Shown in pieces: positions 49,616-60,006 of a stretch of 64,000 nt of DNA (its first letter is position 1; the number at the start of each line of letters is the position of its first letter). The translations under genes were made by a program, and so were the position numbers. The DNA comes from an uncultured cyanobacterium (lineage in GTDB: Bacteria > Cyanobacteriota > Cyanobacteriia > Cyanobacteriales > CAWCAG01). The notes beneath the pieces were generated by a model, which had not been told where the DNA came from, made no database searches, and was given only the letters and a program-made list of their open reading frames with translations. The stretch is from positions 608,001 through 672,000 of the forward strand of contig CAWDOD010000011.1 of the NCBI GenBank assembly GCA_963803805.1, read 5' to 3'.

Positions 49616-51844
49616 ATGACTAATGAAAAGAAACTTCCTAAGCCCATAGGTCAACTTCTAACTTTAGGGCTGCCCGTACTAGGTATTTGCGTTGCTTTTA
49701 GTACTATGGTAATTGGAGTGCGATCGCTAGGTTGGCTAGAAGCAGGGGAACTAAATATCTTTGATCGTATGACGCAGTTACGGCCATCCCTAGAGCCGGA
49801 CAGTCGCATCATAGTTGTCAAAGTTACTGAAGAGGATATTCAAGAGCAGGGCTGGCCTATAGCCGATGCCGTTTTAAATAAATTAATTAGTAAGTTAGCA
49901 AAACACAAACCTGCCGCTATCGGCTTGGATATTTATCGAGATATGCCCACTGAACCAGGGCATCAAGAATTTATTAAGACCTTAAAAGAGAATCCCAATA
50001 TTGTTCCGGTTTGTAAAGTAAGTGACCAACAAAGCAAAGGAGTTGCCCCACCTCCAGAAATAGAAGCAGATCGTTCTGGTTTTGCAGATATTGTTGTTGA
50101 TGGTGGCGGAATCGTTCGTCGAGGGCTTTTGTTTGTTGAAACAGGAGTTTCTCTTTGTCCTACTCCTTATGGTTTTGCCTTTCAGCTAGCAAGGTTTTAC
50201 CTAGAGAAGCAAGGTATCGAACCGGAGTTAACTGCCAATAATGAACTTAAGTTTGGTCAGACTCTTTTTAAGCGCTTGTTACCCCATGCTGGGGCTTATC
50301 GTAACCTAGATGACCGTGGCTACCAGATATTACTTAATTATCGTACTCCAGAGCAAATCGCTGATAGTTTAACTTTAGGAGAAGTTCTCAAAGAATCCCT
50401 AGATCCTGCCTGGGTTAAAGACAAGATTATCATGATCGGCATCACCGACTCTAGCATTGATGATACTTTTTATACCCCCTACAGCGCCAGCCAAACTGTC
50501 AATCAGACCATGCCTGGAGTGGTTGTCCACGCCCAGTTAACCAGTCAAATTATTGATGCTGCCTTAGGAGAAAGACCTTTATTTTGGTTTTTGAGGGAAT
50601 GGCAAGAAATACTATGGATTGTCGGCTGGTCTTTAGCAGGAGGGATAACCCTTGTTCTGATTCGTCATCCTTTATATGTAGTCATCGCCTCTTCTAGCGT
50701 TCTTATTTTGTTATTAGGTACTAGTTGGGTAATCTTTCTCCAAGCTGGATGGGTTCCTATTTTCGCTCCTAGCCTCAGTTTTTTAGGTACTTGTGCGGCT
50801 ACAGCCGTTTATTTAGCTTATCAGGTTCACCAAGAACGGCAAAATGTGGCGGCTTTGGTGGAAAATCAAAACAAAGATATTGCCCTACTCAAATCTCTTC
50901 TCCAAGAAAACACTTATACTGAACCCCTCACTGTAGCAAGATCAACAAACTTAACTACAGAAAATCCCCTTGATGAAGAAGATGGAGATGATGAAACAGA
51001 ATTAGGTACAGAAGCTTTGTCTTGGGATAGCAGTTTTCGCTACCGTTTAGCAGGACATTATAAAATTACTAAAGTTATTGGCTCTGGAGGTTTTGGTTCT
51101 ACTTATTTAGCCCAGGATACTCGTCAAGAAAATGCTCCTCAATGCGTCATCAAACATTTACAACCAGCAGTTCGTGACAAGAGATTTCTCACTGTAGCTA
51201 GACGATTGTTTCAAACAGAAGCAGAAATCTTGGGTAAGCTAGGAAAACATCCTCAAATTCCTGAACTTTTCGATAGCTTTGAAGAGGACGAAGAATTTTA
51301 TTTAGTTGAACAGTACATTCCTGGTGAAACTCTCCACGAAGAATTAATACCAGATAGGCGCATGGATGAAGCTAGAGTTATTAAAATATTAAAGGACGTT
51401 TTAACTGTTTTAGACTATTTACAAAAGCATGGTGTGATTCACCGAGATATTAAACCTAGTAATATTATTAGTTCTCAAACAACTAATCAGTTAGTATTAA
51501 TCGATTTTGGTGCAGTAAAAGAAATTAAGATTCAAGACCAAATTCATGAAGGTAATTTAACGGTAGCAATTGGTACTAAAGGTTATGCACCTCCAGAGCA
51601 ATATGCTGGTCAACCTAACTTTAGTAGTGATATTTATGCTTTAGGAATTATCGGCATTCAAGCAATGACAGGTATTGCCCCTAACCAGCTAGAAGTTGAC
51701 GATTTTTCTGGCAATTTGAAATGGCAACATCTTGTAAAAGCTTCAAAAGATTTAATCAATATTGTTGATAAGATGTCTCGCTATCATTTCCCAGAAAGGT
51801 ATAAGTCAGCGAAGGCAGTTTTAGCTGATTTAGCGAAGTTATAA
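49616..51844 (+). CDS. CHASE2-domain sensor Ser/Thr protein kinase
   Basis: CHASE2 motifs (IGLDIYRD, MPGVVVHAQ), three TM segments and a kinase domain (IGSGGFGSTY, IHRDIKPSN, LIDFG, GTKGYAPPEQ). Confidence 0.93.
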   Translation: MTNEKKLPKPIGQLLTLGLPVLGICVAFSTMVIGVRSLGWLEAGELNIFDRMTQLRPSLEPDSRIIVVKVTEEDIQEQGWPIADAVLNKLISKLAKHKPAAIGLDIYRDMPTEPGHQEFIKTLKENPNIVPVCKVSDQQSKGVAPPPEIEADRSGFADIVVDGGGIVRRGLLFVETGVSLCPTPYGFAFQLARFYLEKQGIEPELTANNELKFGQTLFKRLLPHAGAYRNLDDRGYQILLNYRTPEQIADSLTLGEVLKESLDPAWVKDKIIMIGITDSSIDDTFYTPYSASQTVNQTMPGVVVHAQLTSQIIDAALGERPLFWFLREWQEILWIVGWSLAGGITLVLIRHPLYVVIASSSVLILLLGTSWVIFLQAGWVPIFAPSLSFLGTCAATAVYLAYQVHQERQNVAALVENQNKDIALLKSLLQENTYTEPLTVARSTNLTTENPLDEEDGDDETELGTEALSWDSSFRYRLAGHYKITKVIGSGGFGSTYLAQDTRQENAPQCVIKHLQPAVRDKRFLTVARRLFQTEAEILGKLGKHPQIPELFDSFEEDEEFYLVEQYIPGETLHEELIPDRRMDEARVIKILKDVLTVLDYLQKHGVIHRDIKPSNIISSQTTNQLVLIDFGAVKEIKIQDQIHEGNLTVAIGTKGYAPPEQYAGQPNFSSDIYALGIIGIQAMTGIAPNQLEVDDFSGNLKWQHLVKASKDLINIVDKMSRYHFPERYKSAKAVLADLAKL

Positions 51845-51902
51845 TATGGCAGGCGGCTCTTGTTGTTCTTAGTACTTATTAATTTAATAACCAGATTTGG
51901 AG

Positions 51903-54230
51903 TCATAACTTCTCCAAAGGTGCAATCTTAGGATCAATAATCTTCTGCCCTAAACCAGGAAACTTAATCGCTAAATTAGTCTTATTCCCTTCCCCAAAAA
52001 TATGGGTAACTTCTCCTTCCCCAAAGGTTTTATGTACTACTAAATCACCTTTTTTCCAAGTATATTTAGCTCCATTACCACCTTCCGCCACCTTGGTTTT
52101 ACTCGCTTTGCTACGAGAATTAGAACTGAAACTTTTGGTTACTTTATTATCAACTAAATCACGAGGAATTTCTTGTAAAAACTGTGAAGGTATGGCCACA
52201 TCTCTGGTTCCCCAAAGACGACGTTCTCTGGCGTGGCTAATAAATAATTGTTCTTGGGCGCGGGTAATGCCTACATAACACAAACGACGCTCTTCTTCTA
52301 AGGAAGCCGGATCATTTAAACTTCTCACATTGGGGAATAATCCTTGTTCTAAACCTACCATAAAAACGATGGGAAATTCCAAGCCTTTTGCCGAGTGTAA
52401 CGTCATTAAAGAAACGGCTTTTTGTCCATCTTCTAGGTTATCTAAATCTGAAGCTAAAGAAGCATTCGCCAAGAAACCTTGTAAACTTTTATCTTCATAT
52501 TCTTCTTGGAATTGTGCCACGGCGTTATACAATTCGTAGACGTTTTCTAAGCGGTTAGTATCTTCTTCCGTTCCCTTATTTTTTAAGTCGGTTATATAGT
52601 CAGAATCTTCCATTACTCCTTGGACAATTTCTGTGGCGGTGAGGTCATTAATTTGTTCTTGATACTTTTTAATGACATCGGTAAACTTATTAACCGCCTT
52701 AGCCTTGCGCCCAACCATTGTATTAACAGAAGTTTCATCTTTGAGAATTTCCCACAGGGGGATACCTAATTCCTGAGCAGCCCCTAAAAGTGATTCTATA
52801 GTTGCTTTACCAATACCTCGCCGGGGAGTATTTATAACCCTCAAAATACTAACTGTATCGGCAGGGTTAGCGATCGCCCTTAAATAAGCTAAAGCGTCTT
52901 TGATTTCTTTACGATCATAAAACTTTAAACCGCCCACAATAAGATAAGGAACTTGCCCCCGCAATATTTCTTCAAAAGCACGAGATTGAGCGTTAGTACG
53001 ATATAAAATTGCAAAACTGCCCCAATCTATTTCCGGGTTTTCTTGGGTTAAATAACGAATTTTATTAACCACAAATTTTGCTTCCCCTATTTCATCATCT
53101 GCCTTATAAAGAAAGATTGGTTCCCCCAATCCTCTGGTGGGTTTAAGGACTTTTTCAATACGCTGGGTATTATTATTAATTAATTCGTTAGCTGCTTCGA
53201 GAATATTTTCCCGAGAACGATAGTTTTCCTGCAACTTAACCATCGTCCGAGTATCATCATCAGGCAAGCCATCCCCAAAATTCTCTTGAAACTCTAATAA
53301 AATTTTATAGTCTGCCATGCGAAAACTATAAATAGATTGGTCAGCATCCCCCACTACAAAAACTGAGCGATCGCGCCAATCCCATTTAGTTTTATCTGTT
53401 TCTTCATTAGTACTTAAAAGGCGAATCAGTTCATATTGAATTCGATTGGTATCTTGATATTCATCTACTAAAATATGACGAAACTGGCGATGCCAATATG
53501 CCAATACAGTTTCGTTTTGTTGAAATATTCTTAAAGGAACTAAAATTAAGTCATCAAAATCCAGGGCATTGTTAGCTGCTAATTGATTAGTATATTCGTT
53601 ATAAACTTCACTAATTACTCTACCGCGATAATTAGGCTGTTCTTTTAAAAAATCTTGGGGAGATAAACCTTGATTTTTGGCATTACTAATGGCGTAGCGA
53701 ACGGAGCGAAAGTTAAATTTTTTATCATCTAAATTCAACTGTTTGGTAACAATGTTCTTAACCAAACTTTGAGCATCAGATTCATCAAAAATAGAAAAAT
53801 TCCGCTGCCACTGTCGCCCAGATTCATCTTGATACTTATTAATATCCAAACGAAGAATTCGAGCAAATAAACTATGAAAAGTACCAATCCATAAAGGTTT
53901 AATGGTTTGTTTATAAACCTGGGAACGCAATTGAGTTTGTTGCGCAGGAGGTAATAAGTCTAAACGTTGACCATATTTATCCTTAGCCAACTTGTTAGCA
54001 AATAACTTCTCAATCCGTTCCTTCATTTCTCGCGCCGCTTTATTTGTGAAGGTTACGGCTAAAATATTTTCCGGATTAACTTTATGTTGAACAATTAAGT
54101 TAGCAATACGAAAAGTCAAAGCCCTAGTTTTCCCAGAACCTGCCCCCGCAACAACTAACAAAGGGCCGCAATAATGTTCTACAGCACTACGTTGAGAAGG
54201 ATTAAGATTACTAAGAAAATTAACACTCAT
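51903..54230 (-). CDS. pcrA: ATP-dependent DNA helicase PcrA/UvrD
   Basis: AGAGSGKT, TFTNKAA, VDEYQDTN, GDADQSIY, TLHSAKGLEF and EERRLCYVGITRA motifs. Confidence 0.96.
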   Translation of the reverse strand: MSVNFLSNLNPSQRSAVEHYCGPLLVVAGAGSGKTRALTFRIANLIVQHKVNPENILAVTFTNKAAREMKERIEKLFANKLAKDKYGQRLDLLPPAQQTQLRSQVYKQTIKPLWIGTFHSLFARILRLDINKYQDESGRQWQRNFSIFDESDAQSLVKNIVTKQLNLDDKKFNFRSVRYAISNAKNQGLSPQDFLKEQPNYRGRVISEVYNEYTNQLAANNALDFDDLILVPLRIFQQNETVLAYWHRQFRHILVDEYQDTNRIQYELIRLLSTNEETDKTKWDWRDRSVFVVGDADQSIYSFRMADYKILLEFQENFGDGLPDDDTRTMVKLQENYRSRENILEAANELINNNTQRIEKVLKPTRGLGEPIFLYKADDEIGEAKFVVNKIRYLTQENPEIDWGSFAILYRTNAQSRAFEEILRGQVPYLIVGGLKFYDRKEIKDALAYLRAIANPADTVSILRVINTPRRGIGKATIESLLGAAQELGIPLWEILKDETSVNTMVGRKAKAVNKFTDVIKKYQEQINDLTATEIVQGVMEDSDYITDLKNKGTEEDTNRLENVYELYNAVAQFQEEYEDKSLQGFLANASLASDLDNLEDGQKAVSLMTLHSAKGLEFPIVFMVGLEQGLFPNVRSLNDPASLEEERRLCYVGITRAQEQLFISHARERRLWGTRDVAIPSQFLQEIPRDLVDNKVTKSFSSNSRSKASKTKVAEGGNGAKYTWKKGDLVVHKTFGEGEVTHIFGEGNKTNLAIKFPGLGQKIIDPKIAPLEKL

Positions 54231-54336
54231 TTTTCATTTAACATTTAACATTTATCAATTAATTAAAGAGCGATCGCAGCTACTTATAATCTTATAAGTT
54301 TAGGCGATCGCCAGGTTTTATTTAAAAAGATTGTCA

Positions 54337-54378
54337 ACTAGCTATTAGCCATTAGCAACTAGCCACTAGCCATTAGCC
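54337..54378. repeat. STRR-type heptamer repeat (A(C/T)TAGC(C/A/T))x6
   Basis: ACTAGCT ATTAGCC ATTAGCA ACTAGCC ACTAGCC ATTAGCC. Similar heptamer tracts occur near 54230, 59825 and 59972. Confidence 0.8.
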
Positions 54379-54380
54379 TC

Positions 54381-54824
54381 TTAATCCAAATAACCCATTA
54401 AAGTGGTAGGATCATCAATTTCATTGGAAGCTACGGGGCGATTTCCCATCACTCTGTAGGTTTCGCTGATTTCTAATGTACTTGCGGTAATCGGACGAAT
54501 GCCAGAAGAGGACATTGTAGCGACAATGTTCAAATGGCTTTTCATGACAGGACGCATATGCCCTCCTGAAGCAAAATGATCCGATAGTTCGAGGTGGCTA
54601 GCTTCAACAGGGCGGTTACCTACTAAAGTGGTTTTCGGACTCAATTCTATAGCACCAGTGGGGGCTTGAGTTTCTAACTCTAGGGGTTGTTTGGTTTCTT
54701 TCGTTTCTTCTTTGGCTGCCAAAGCTAATTCCTCCTTAGCATTTTCTTTACTAACACTACTACGGCTGGCGGTAGTTTTGGCTTTAGTAGTGGTTTTCTT
54801 CGGAGCAGTACTACTTTCAGTCAT
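54381..54824 (-). CDS. Hypothetical protein with four ~19-20-aa RP(V/I) repeats
   Basis: 147-aa ORF with GNRPV/HMRPV/GIRPI/GNRPV periodicity, ending LMGYLD. Confidence 0.75.
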   Translation of the reverse strand: MTESSTAPKKTTTKAKTTASRSSVSKENAKEELALAAKEETKETKQPLELETQAPTGAIELSPKTTLVGNRPVEASHLELSDHFASGGHMRPVMKSHLNIVATMSSSGIRPITASTLEISETYRVMGNRPVASNEIDDPTTLMGYLD

Positions 54825-55074
54825 TTTTTTTAATTAGGTAATTTCTTAAAAGGTCTACCCTGAGAGGGATAAACACGATTTCCCTATTTCCGTCTACTAT
54901 ATGAAAGTTTATTTTAAGACTATCCTATCAAGATATGAACCATCTTTAACAAAAGACAGCATAATAGCATTTTCTTTAGTTGTATAGGATATAAACTGGT
55001 TAGGTTAAGGAGTAACGGTTAAAAGCGAGTATTTTGGCTTTGATATTTAATATCAATGAGAAAAGAGTGTGATG

Positions 55075-55710
55075 TTAATTTTGGTTTTTTGATAAGTTTT
55101 TGATTATAGAATGCACTGACAGAGAAAGATGGGTAAAAGTTGGTAGCATGGCAGAAATACCCACAATGAGGCCGAAATAGATGTTTTTGAGACTTTCTTT
55201 TTTGGTCGGGTTAGTTATAGCCTCAGTTAAGCGCTGTTCGTAAATATAACTTCTTTGAGTAAAAGATTCTGGGGTATGTTGAATAAAACTGACTAACCAA
55301 CCGGAAAAGGAAAAAACGAAAATAACCCACCAAGTAGCAATAATGGCAATAATAATGTCAATACTAAGATGGGCTAAATAACTCACTGCTGAAGTGGTTT
55401 TTAAAGCTTTTTTAGCAATATAAACTGTAATAAAGAAAGAGAGGGTATCAAACAATGCCCCCAACAAACCTACAGGAAACTGAATCAGAAAATAGTGGAG
55501 TTTCTCTTCACCGAAAGCTGCCCTTGGGTAAGCGGTAACAATAGCCCACCAATAACAAGTTATATTGAGAAATACGAAGAAAATGAAGAGGCGAGGAAAA
55601 AATCGCTGCAATTTTCCTCGACGGCGATCATAAAAATGTAGTAGTTTTCCTAAAGATTGTTTCCAAGTGGCTATAATAGCTTCTTGATCGACCTTAGTTT
55701 TGATACTCAT
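55075..55710 (-). CDS. Hypothetical multi-pass membrane protein
   Basis: Four hydrophobic segments. ATG at 55710 or 55713 avoids overlap with the divergent gene. Confidence 0.75.
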   Translation of the reverse strand: MSIKTKVDQEAIIATWKQSLGKLLHFYDRRRGKLQRFFPRLFIFFVFLNITCYWWAIVTAYPRAAFGEEKLHYFLIQFPVGLLGALFDTLSFFITVYIAKKALKTTSAVSYLAHLSIDIIIAIIATWWVIFVFSFSGWLVSFIQHTPESFTQRSYIYEQRLTEAITNPTKKESLKNIYFGLIVGISAMLPTFTHLSLSVHSIIKNLSKNQN

Positions 55711-55736
55711 CATATTTACAAGGAAATAATCGAAAT

Positions 55737-57419
55737 ATGGACCAAGACGTAAAATTTGATTCCTCAAAATGGTGGCAAACTGGCGTAATTTATCAAATAT
55801 ATCCCCTTACCTTTGCTGATGGGAATGGCGATGGAATTGGAGATTTACCAGGAATTATCAGCAAACTAGACTATCTTAATGATGGTGATCCTAACAGTGA
55901 AACATCTTTAGGAATTGATGCTATCTGGCTCTCACCGATTAATGAATCACCCATGATTGATAATGGTTATGATATTAGTGATTATTATGGTATTAGCCAT
56001 ACATTTGGTACTTTAAAAGATTTTGATATTCTCATAGAAGAGTGTCATAAACGAAGCATCAAAGTCATTCTCGATTTAGTAGTTAATCATACTTCTAATC
56101 AACATAGTTGGTTTATTGAATCTAGTTCTAGTCGAGATAATCCCAAAAGTGACTGGTATCATTGGCAAGATCCTGCCTCAGATGGAGGAGTTCCTAACAA
56201 TTGGCTATCTTATTTTGGGGGAACAGGTTGGACTTTTAATGAAGCTAGACAACAATATTATTACCATACTTTTAATACAATTCAACCAGATTTAAACTGG
56301 CGCAACCCAGAAGTTCAAGAAGCTGTTTACCAAATAATTCGGTTTTGGCTTGATCAAGGGGTTGACGGGTTTCGCTTAGATGCTTCTAGTGTTTATAGTA
56401 AAGATGAATACTATCGCCCTAATCCTGTTAAATTTGGAGCAACTGATAAAAATAATTATCATAATCAGAGCCATTTATATGATAAAAATTTACCTGAAAA
56501 TCATTACATTATTCGAGAGATTAGAAAAGTAGTTGATGAGTACGATGAGCGTGTTTTAATCGGTGAAACTTTTATTGATAATAGGATCTATGACTCAACT
56601 ATTTTTTATGGTGTTAATAATGATGAATTACATCTAGCCTTTACTTTTGAGTTTCCTTTTAGTCCTTGGTATCCCGGCAATCTGCAACGAGAAATCGCCA
56701 AAAAAGAGCTAATTACACCTAAATGGGCATGGCCTGCTTACTTTATAGATAATCATGATCTTCCCAGACATTTATCTCGTTGGATTGAATGTAGTTTATG
56801 TAGTAATTCATTAGCCATCGCCCAAGCCGCAGCAGCTATTTTACTAACAGTTAGAGGAACCCCTGTTCTCTACTACGGTCAAGAAATTGGCATGGTTGAT
56901 AATCTCGATATTCCACCAGAAAAGATTCAAGATAAAGCCATCGTTAAAAGTAAAACTGGAGAGTTGCCACCACCACGAGATGGGGCCCGTACTCCCATGC
57001 AATGGAATGATTCTGTTAATGCGGGTTTTAGTTTTGGCAAAAATACTGAAACTTGGCTACCAGTAAATCAAAATTACCAAGAAGTTAATGTCGCTCAAGA
57101 ATTAAAAGAGCAAAACTCAATTTTAAATTTTTATCGGCAGTTAATTAGAGTTAGAAGGAATAGCGAAGCTTTACGTCTTGGTAGTTGGAAAGCTTTAATT
57201 CATTATCCCTATGAACATTTAGCTTATATCAGAGAAACCCAAACTGAACAAGTTTTGATTGTTGTCAATTTTTCTGATGAGAAGGACTTTGATTTAGATG
57301 AATATATTCCCCAGAAAAATTGGCAAGTCCTCGTTTCTAATGTCTTGGAAGCAAAGAAAATCATTGACTTGCCATCAAGGTTACAACCTTTTGAAGTATC
57401 AATTTTGAAGAAAGAATAG
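55737..57419 (+). CDS. GH13 alpha-glucosidase / oligo-1,6-glucosidase family protein
   Basis: YQIYP.TFADGNGDGIGDL, DNGYDISDY, DLVVNHTS, GFRLDA, IGE, NHD and RTPMQW motifs. Confidence 0.93.
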   Translation: MDQDVKFDSSKWWQTGVIYQIYPLTFADGNGDGIGDLPGIISKLDYLNDGDPNSETSLGIDAIWLSPINESPMIDNGYDISDYYGISHTFGTLKDFDILIEECHKRSIKVILDLVVNHTSNQHSWFIESSSSRDNPKSDWYHWQDPASDGGVPNNWLSYFGGTGWTFNEARQQYYYHTFNTIQPDLNWRNPEVQEAVYQIIRFWLDQGVDGFRLDASSVYSKDEYYRPNPVKFGATDKNNYHNQSHLYDKNLPENHYIIREIRKVVDEYDERVLIGETFIDNRIYDSTIFYGVNNDELHLAFTFEFPFSPWYPGNLQREIAKKELITPKWAWPAYFIDNHDLPRHLSRWIECSLCSNSLAIAQAAAAILLTVRGTPVLYYGQEIGMVDNLDIPPEKIQDKAIVKSKTGELPPPRDGARTPMQWNDSVNAGFSFGKNTETWLPVNQNYQEVNVAQELKEQNSILNFYRQLIRVRRNSEALRLGSWKALIHYPYEHLAYIRETQTEQVLIVVNFSDEKDFDLDEYIPQKNWQVLVSNVLEAKKIIDLPSRLQPFEVSILKKE

Positions 57420-57532
57420 GGAATAGGCTAGTTGACTGACAAAACTACTGAAATATTTGATTTATCGTAAGTTGAGTTAGTGATAGCGTAACCCAACAAA
57501 GCTAAGTGTTTTTGGGTTACTTTCAGGAATAG

Positions 57533-59023
57533 TTAATCTTTATCTTTCTCATGTTTGAGAGTCTTGAATAACTCGAATAGGCGATCAGCCCAATACTGAA
57601 CGTCGTATTTAGTCACAGTTTGATACATCTTGGCCATCCCCTGCTGCTGTTCCTCAATGGGCATTGCTAGGGCGCGATTAATTGCTTCATCCATGCGATC
57701 AATGGAGTAAGGGTTAGTCAAAATTGCCTCTGGTAACTCTACTGCTGCCCCCACAAACTCCGAAAGAACTAAAACCCCATCTTCCCCCTCATGGGTAACA
57801 ATATACTCTTTAGCTACTAAATTAAGACCATCTCTTAAGGGAGTTGTCCAGCAAATATCTGCTGCCCGGTAATAGCAAATTAATTCTGAGTAGGGAATAG
57901 GTTGGGTGAAAAGTAAAATTGGTGTCCAATTCAGTCGTGCAAAGCGGCCATTGATTTCCCCAGCTAATTGTTCAATTTGGCTTTGTGCCGTTTTATAAAC
58001 TCGCATTCCCGCAGCCGCAGAAACACAAGTCATCACAAAGTTGATTTTACCATGTAAGTCAGGGCGACGTTCCAATAAACGGCTGTAGGCTTCTAACATC
58101 TCCCGATTACCTTTCACATAGTCTACACGACCCGCAGCAATAATGAGCTTGCGTCCATTCAACTCTTCTTTAATTTGGGACAGACGTGCTTGGGTTTTGC
58201 TTTGATGCAACACCGACAAAATCTGCTGAGGATTTGTCCCCACGGGAAAGGCATCAACGTTGACTAACTGACCTTTATAACGAAGTTGAGTAGTTACTTC
58301 TGGTTCAGCTAATGCTGTCCCTACAGGAGTCATATGTCCAGATACTGCCTCTTTTTTAACTACTTCTACTTCTCGCAAACTTCTGGCAATGCGGATAAAG
58401 TTTTGTGAATAGCGGGGAATGTGGAAACCAACAATATCACAGCAAAGTAAGCTATCGACAATCTGTTCTCGCCAAGGTAAGATATTGAAGATATCCACGG
58501 AGGGAAAGGGGGTGTGGTGGAAAAAAGCAATGCGGGCATCGGGCTTAAGCTGGCGGATGTAGTGGGGAACTAACCAGAGATTGTAGTCATGTACCCAAAT
58601 TAAAGCATCATCTGCTGCTTCTTCGCAGGCTGCTTCAGCAAAAAGGCGGTTGATGGTTTGAAAGTTTTCCCAGTCGGAAGATTCGTAGGTGAAGTGCCAG
58701 GGAAATGAGTGTAGGATTGGCCAGAAGGCTTCTTTGGAGGTAATATGATAGAAGTCCTTTACCTGTTCTGCATTCAACGGTATGCGTCTAACAGCGTAGT
58801 CACCATCATCTTCAACGGTAACTCGCTCTTGGAAATCCTCTTTTTGCTCCTCATCTAATTGTTTCCAAGCAATCCAAGTTCCCTGATTGACAGTAGCAAA
58901 AAAACTCTTTAAAGTTGGTACAATGCCATTAGGACTTTTTTTAGCTCGATAATGTATTTGTCCATTTTCTAGCACCTCATCATAGGGTTCACGATGGTAG
59001 AGAATGACAAGTGAAGATTTCAT
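57533..59023 (-). CDS. ggpS: Glucosylglycerol-phosphate synthase (GT20)
   Basis: MKSSLVILYHREPYDEV...KSPNGIVPTLKSFF N-terminus typical of GgpS, plus WVHDYNL, FFHHTPFP, GRVDYVKG and RDGLNLVAKEY. Confidence 0.93.
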   Translation of the reverse strand: MKSSLVILYHREPYDEVLENGQIHYRAKKSPNGIVPTLKSFFATVNQGTWIAWKQLDEEQKEDFQERVTVEDDGDYAVRRIPLNAEQVKDFYHITSKEAFWPILHSFPWHFTYESSDWENFQTINRLFAEAACEEAADDALIWVHDYNLWLVPHYIRQLKPDARIAFFHHTPFPSVDIFNILPWREQIVDSLLCCDIVGFHIPRYSQNFIRIARSLREVEVVKKEAVSGHMTPVGTALAEPEVTTQLRYKGQLVNVDAFPVGTNPQQILSVLHQSKTQARLSQIKEELNGRKLIIAAGRVDYVKGNREMLEAYSRLLERRPDLHGKINFVMTCVSAAAGMRVYKTAQSQIEQLAGEINGRFARLNWTPILLFTQPIPYSELICYYRAADICWTTPLRDGLNLVAKEYIVTHEGEDGVLVLSEFVGAAVELPEAILTNPYSIDRMDEAINRALAMPIEEQQQGMAKMYQTVTKYDVQYWADRLFELFKTLKHEKDKD

Positions 59024-59082
59024 ATTATTTCTGTTGGTTTCTTGTTTGCGTTAATATTGTTGTGGTCAGTTAACTTACGGCG

Positions 59083-59823
59083 CTAACGACCATTAAGAGA
59101 CTTGCCATAGGTCTTTAAGCCGTCCCAAATTCCCGCAGTACCTTCATGGGGGCTATGATAGACGTTATCCATGGTTTTGATCTTTTCTACAAGTTTGGGT
59201 TCTGCATTACCTACAGCAATACTCTTTAAACCAGTTTCAAATAGAGATAGATCATTGAGGGTATCACCGGCAGGAATGACGTTATCTGCATTGAGATGCA
59301 ATGCTTCAATGAATTTGAGTAGGGTTGGACCTTTGGAAATGCCTTTAGGCATAACATCTAAATAAAGATCAGCCGAAAGAATGCAGTCAAAGCCAGCCTC
59401 GGTGATTTTTTCTACCGTGCTGGGCTGAAGTTCTTCTGGTTTATAGTAATAGGAGACACGGCGTTCTGTCTTAACTGGTTGTAATTCAATACCTGGTTCT
59501 TGAGCCAACATCTCCTTAATCTTCTCGTTGGCATTCCCCCAAATCTTAGCTACCCAATCTTGTACCTGGGACAAGGGTTTCAAGGTTTTGCCTTCAACAA
59601 TGGTAGTTCCTACATCACCAATAATATAGTCGGGGTGAGGGAAGTCAGGTTTTTGGCACAGTTGTTGAATAAAATCTAAGTCTCTTCCGGTGACAAAAAC
59701 CAAGAGTAAATCATCTCGGTTATTTTGCAAGTATTGATAAAAATCAGTACGCTGTTGGTCAGAACCGCCTAAAAATGTACCATCTAAATCAGTGGCTAGG
59801 ACGAGAGAGTGGTTAGGATTCAT
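59083..59823 (-). CDS. HAD-IIB phosphatase (sucrose-phosphatase-like; candidate glucosylglycerol-phosphate phosphatase)
   Basis: LATDLDGT, FVTGR, DVMPKGISKG and GDTLND motifs. Co-oriented immediately upstream of ggpS. Confidence 0.85.
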   Translation of the reverse strand: MNPNHSLVLATDLDGTFLGGSDQQRTDFYQYLQNNRDDLLLVFVTGRDLDFIQQLCQKPDFPHPDYIIGDVGTTIVEGKTLKPLSQVQDWVAKIWGNANEKIKEMLAQEPGIELQPVKTERRVSYYYKPEELQPSTVEKITEAGFDCILSADLYLDVMPKGISKGPTLLKFIEALHLNADNVIPAGDTLNDLSLFETGLKSIAVGNAEPKLVEKIKTMDNVYHSPHEGTAGIWDGLKTYGKSLNGR

Positions 59824-60006
59824 CTTATCATTTATCATTTATCATTAAATATTTATCATTGCCACTCAATTGCTACGTTATCATGAAGTCGCTTTTTGTC
59901 AAATTACCTTCCTCAGATAATTTGGTCAAAACCGTAGGGCAAAAAACAATGTACCTTATGCTAATGGGAATTACTTTAACTTCTAACTTTTGAGTTTTAA
60001 ATTGTT

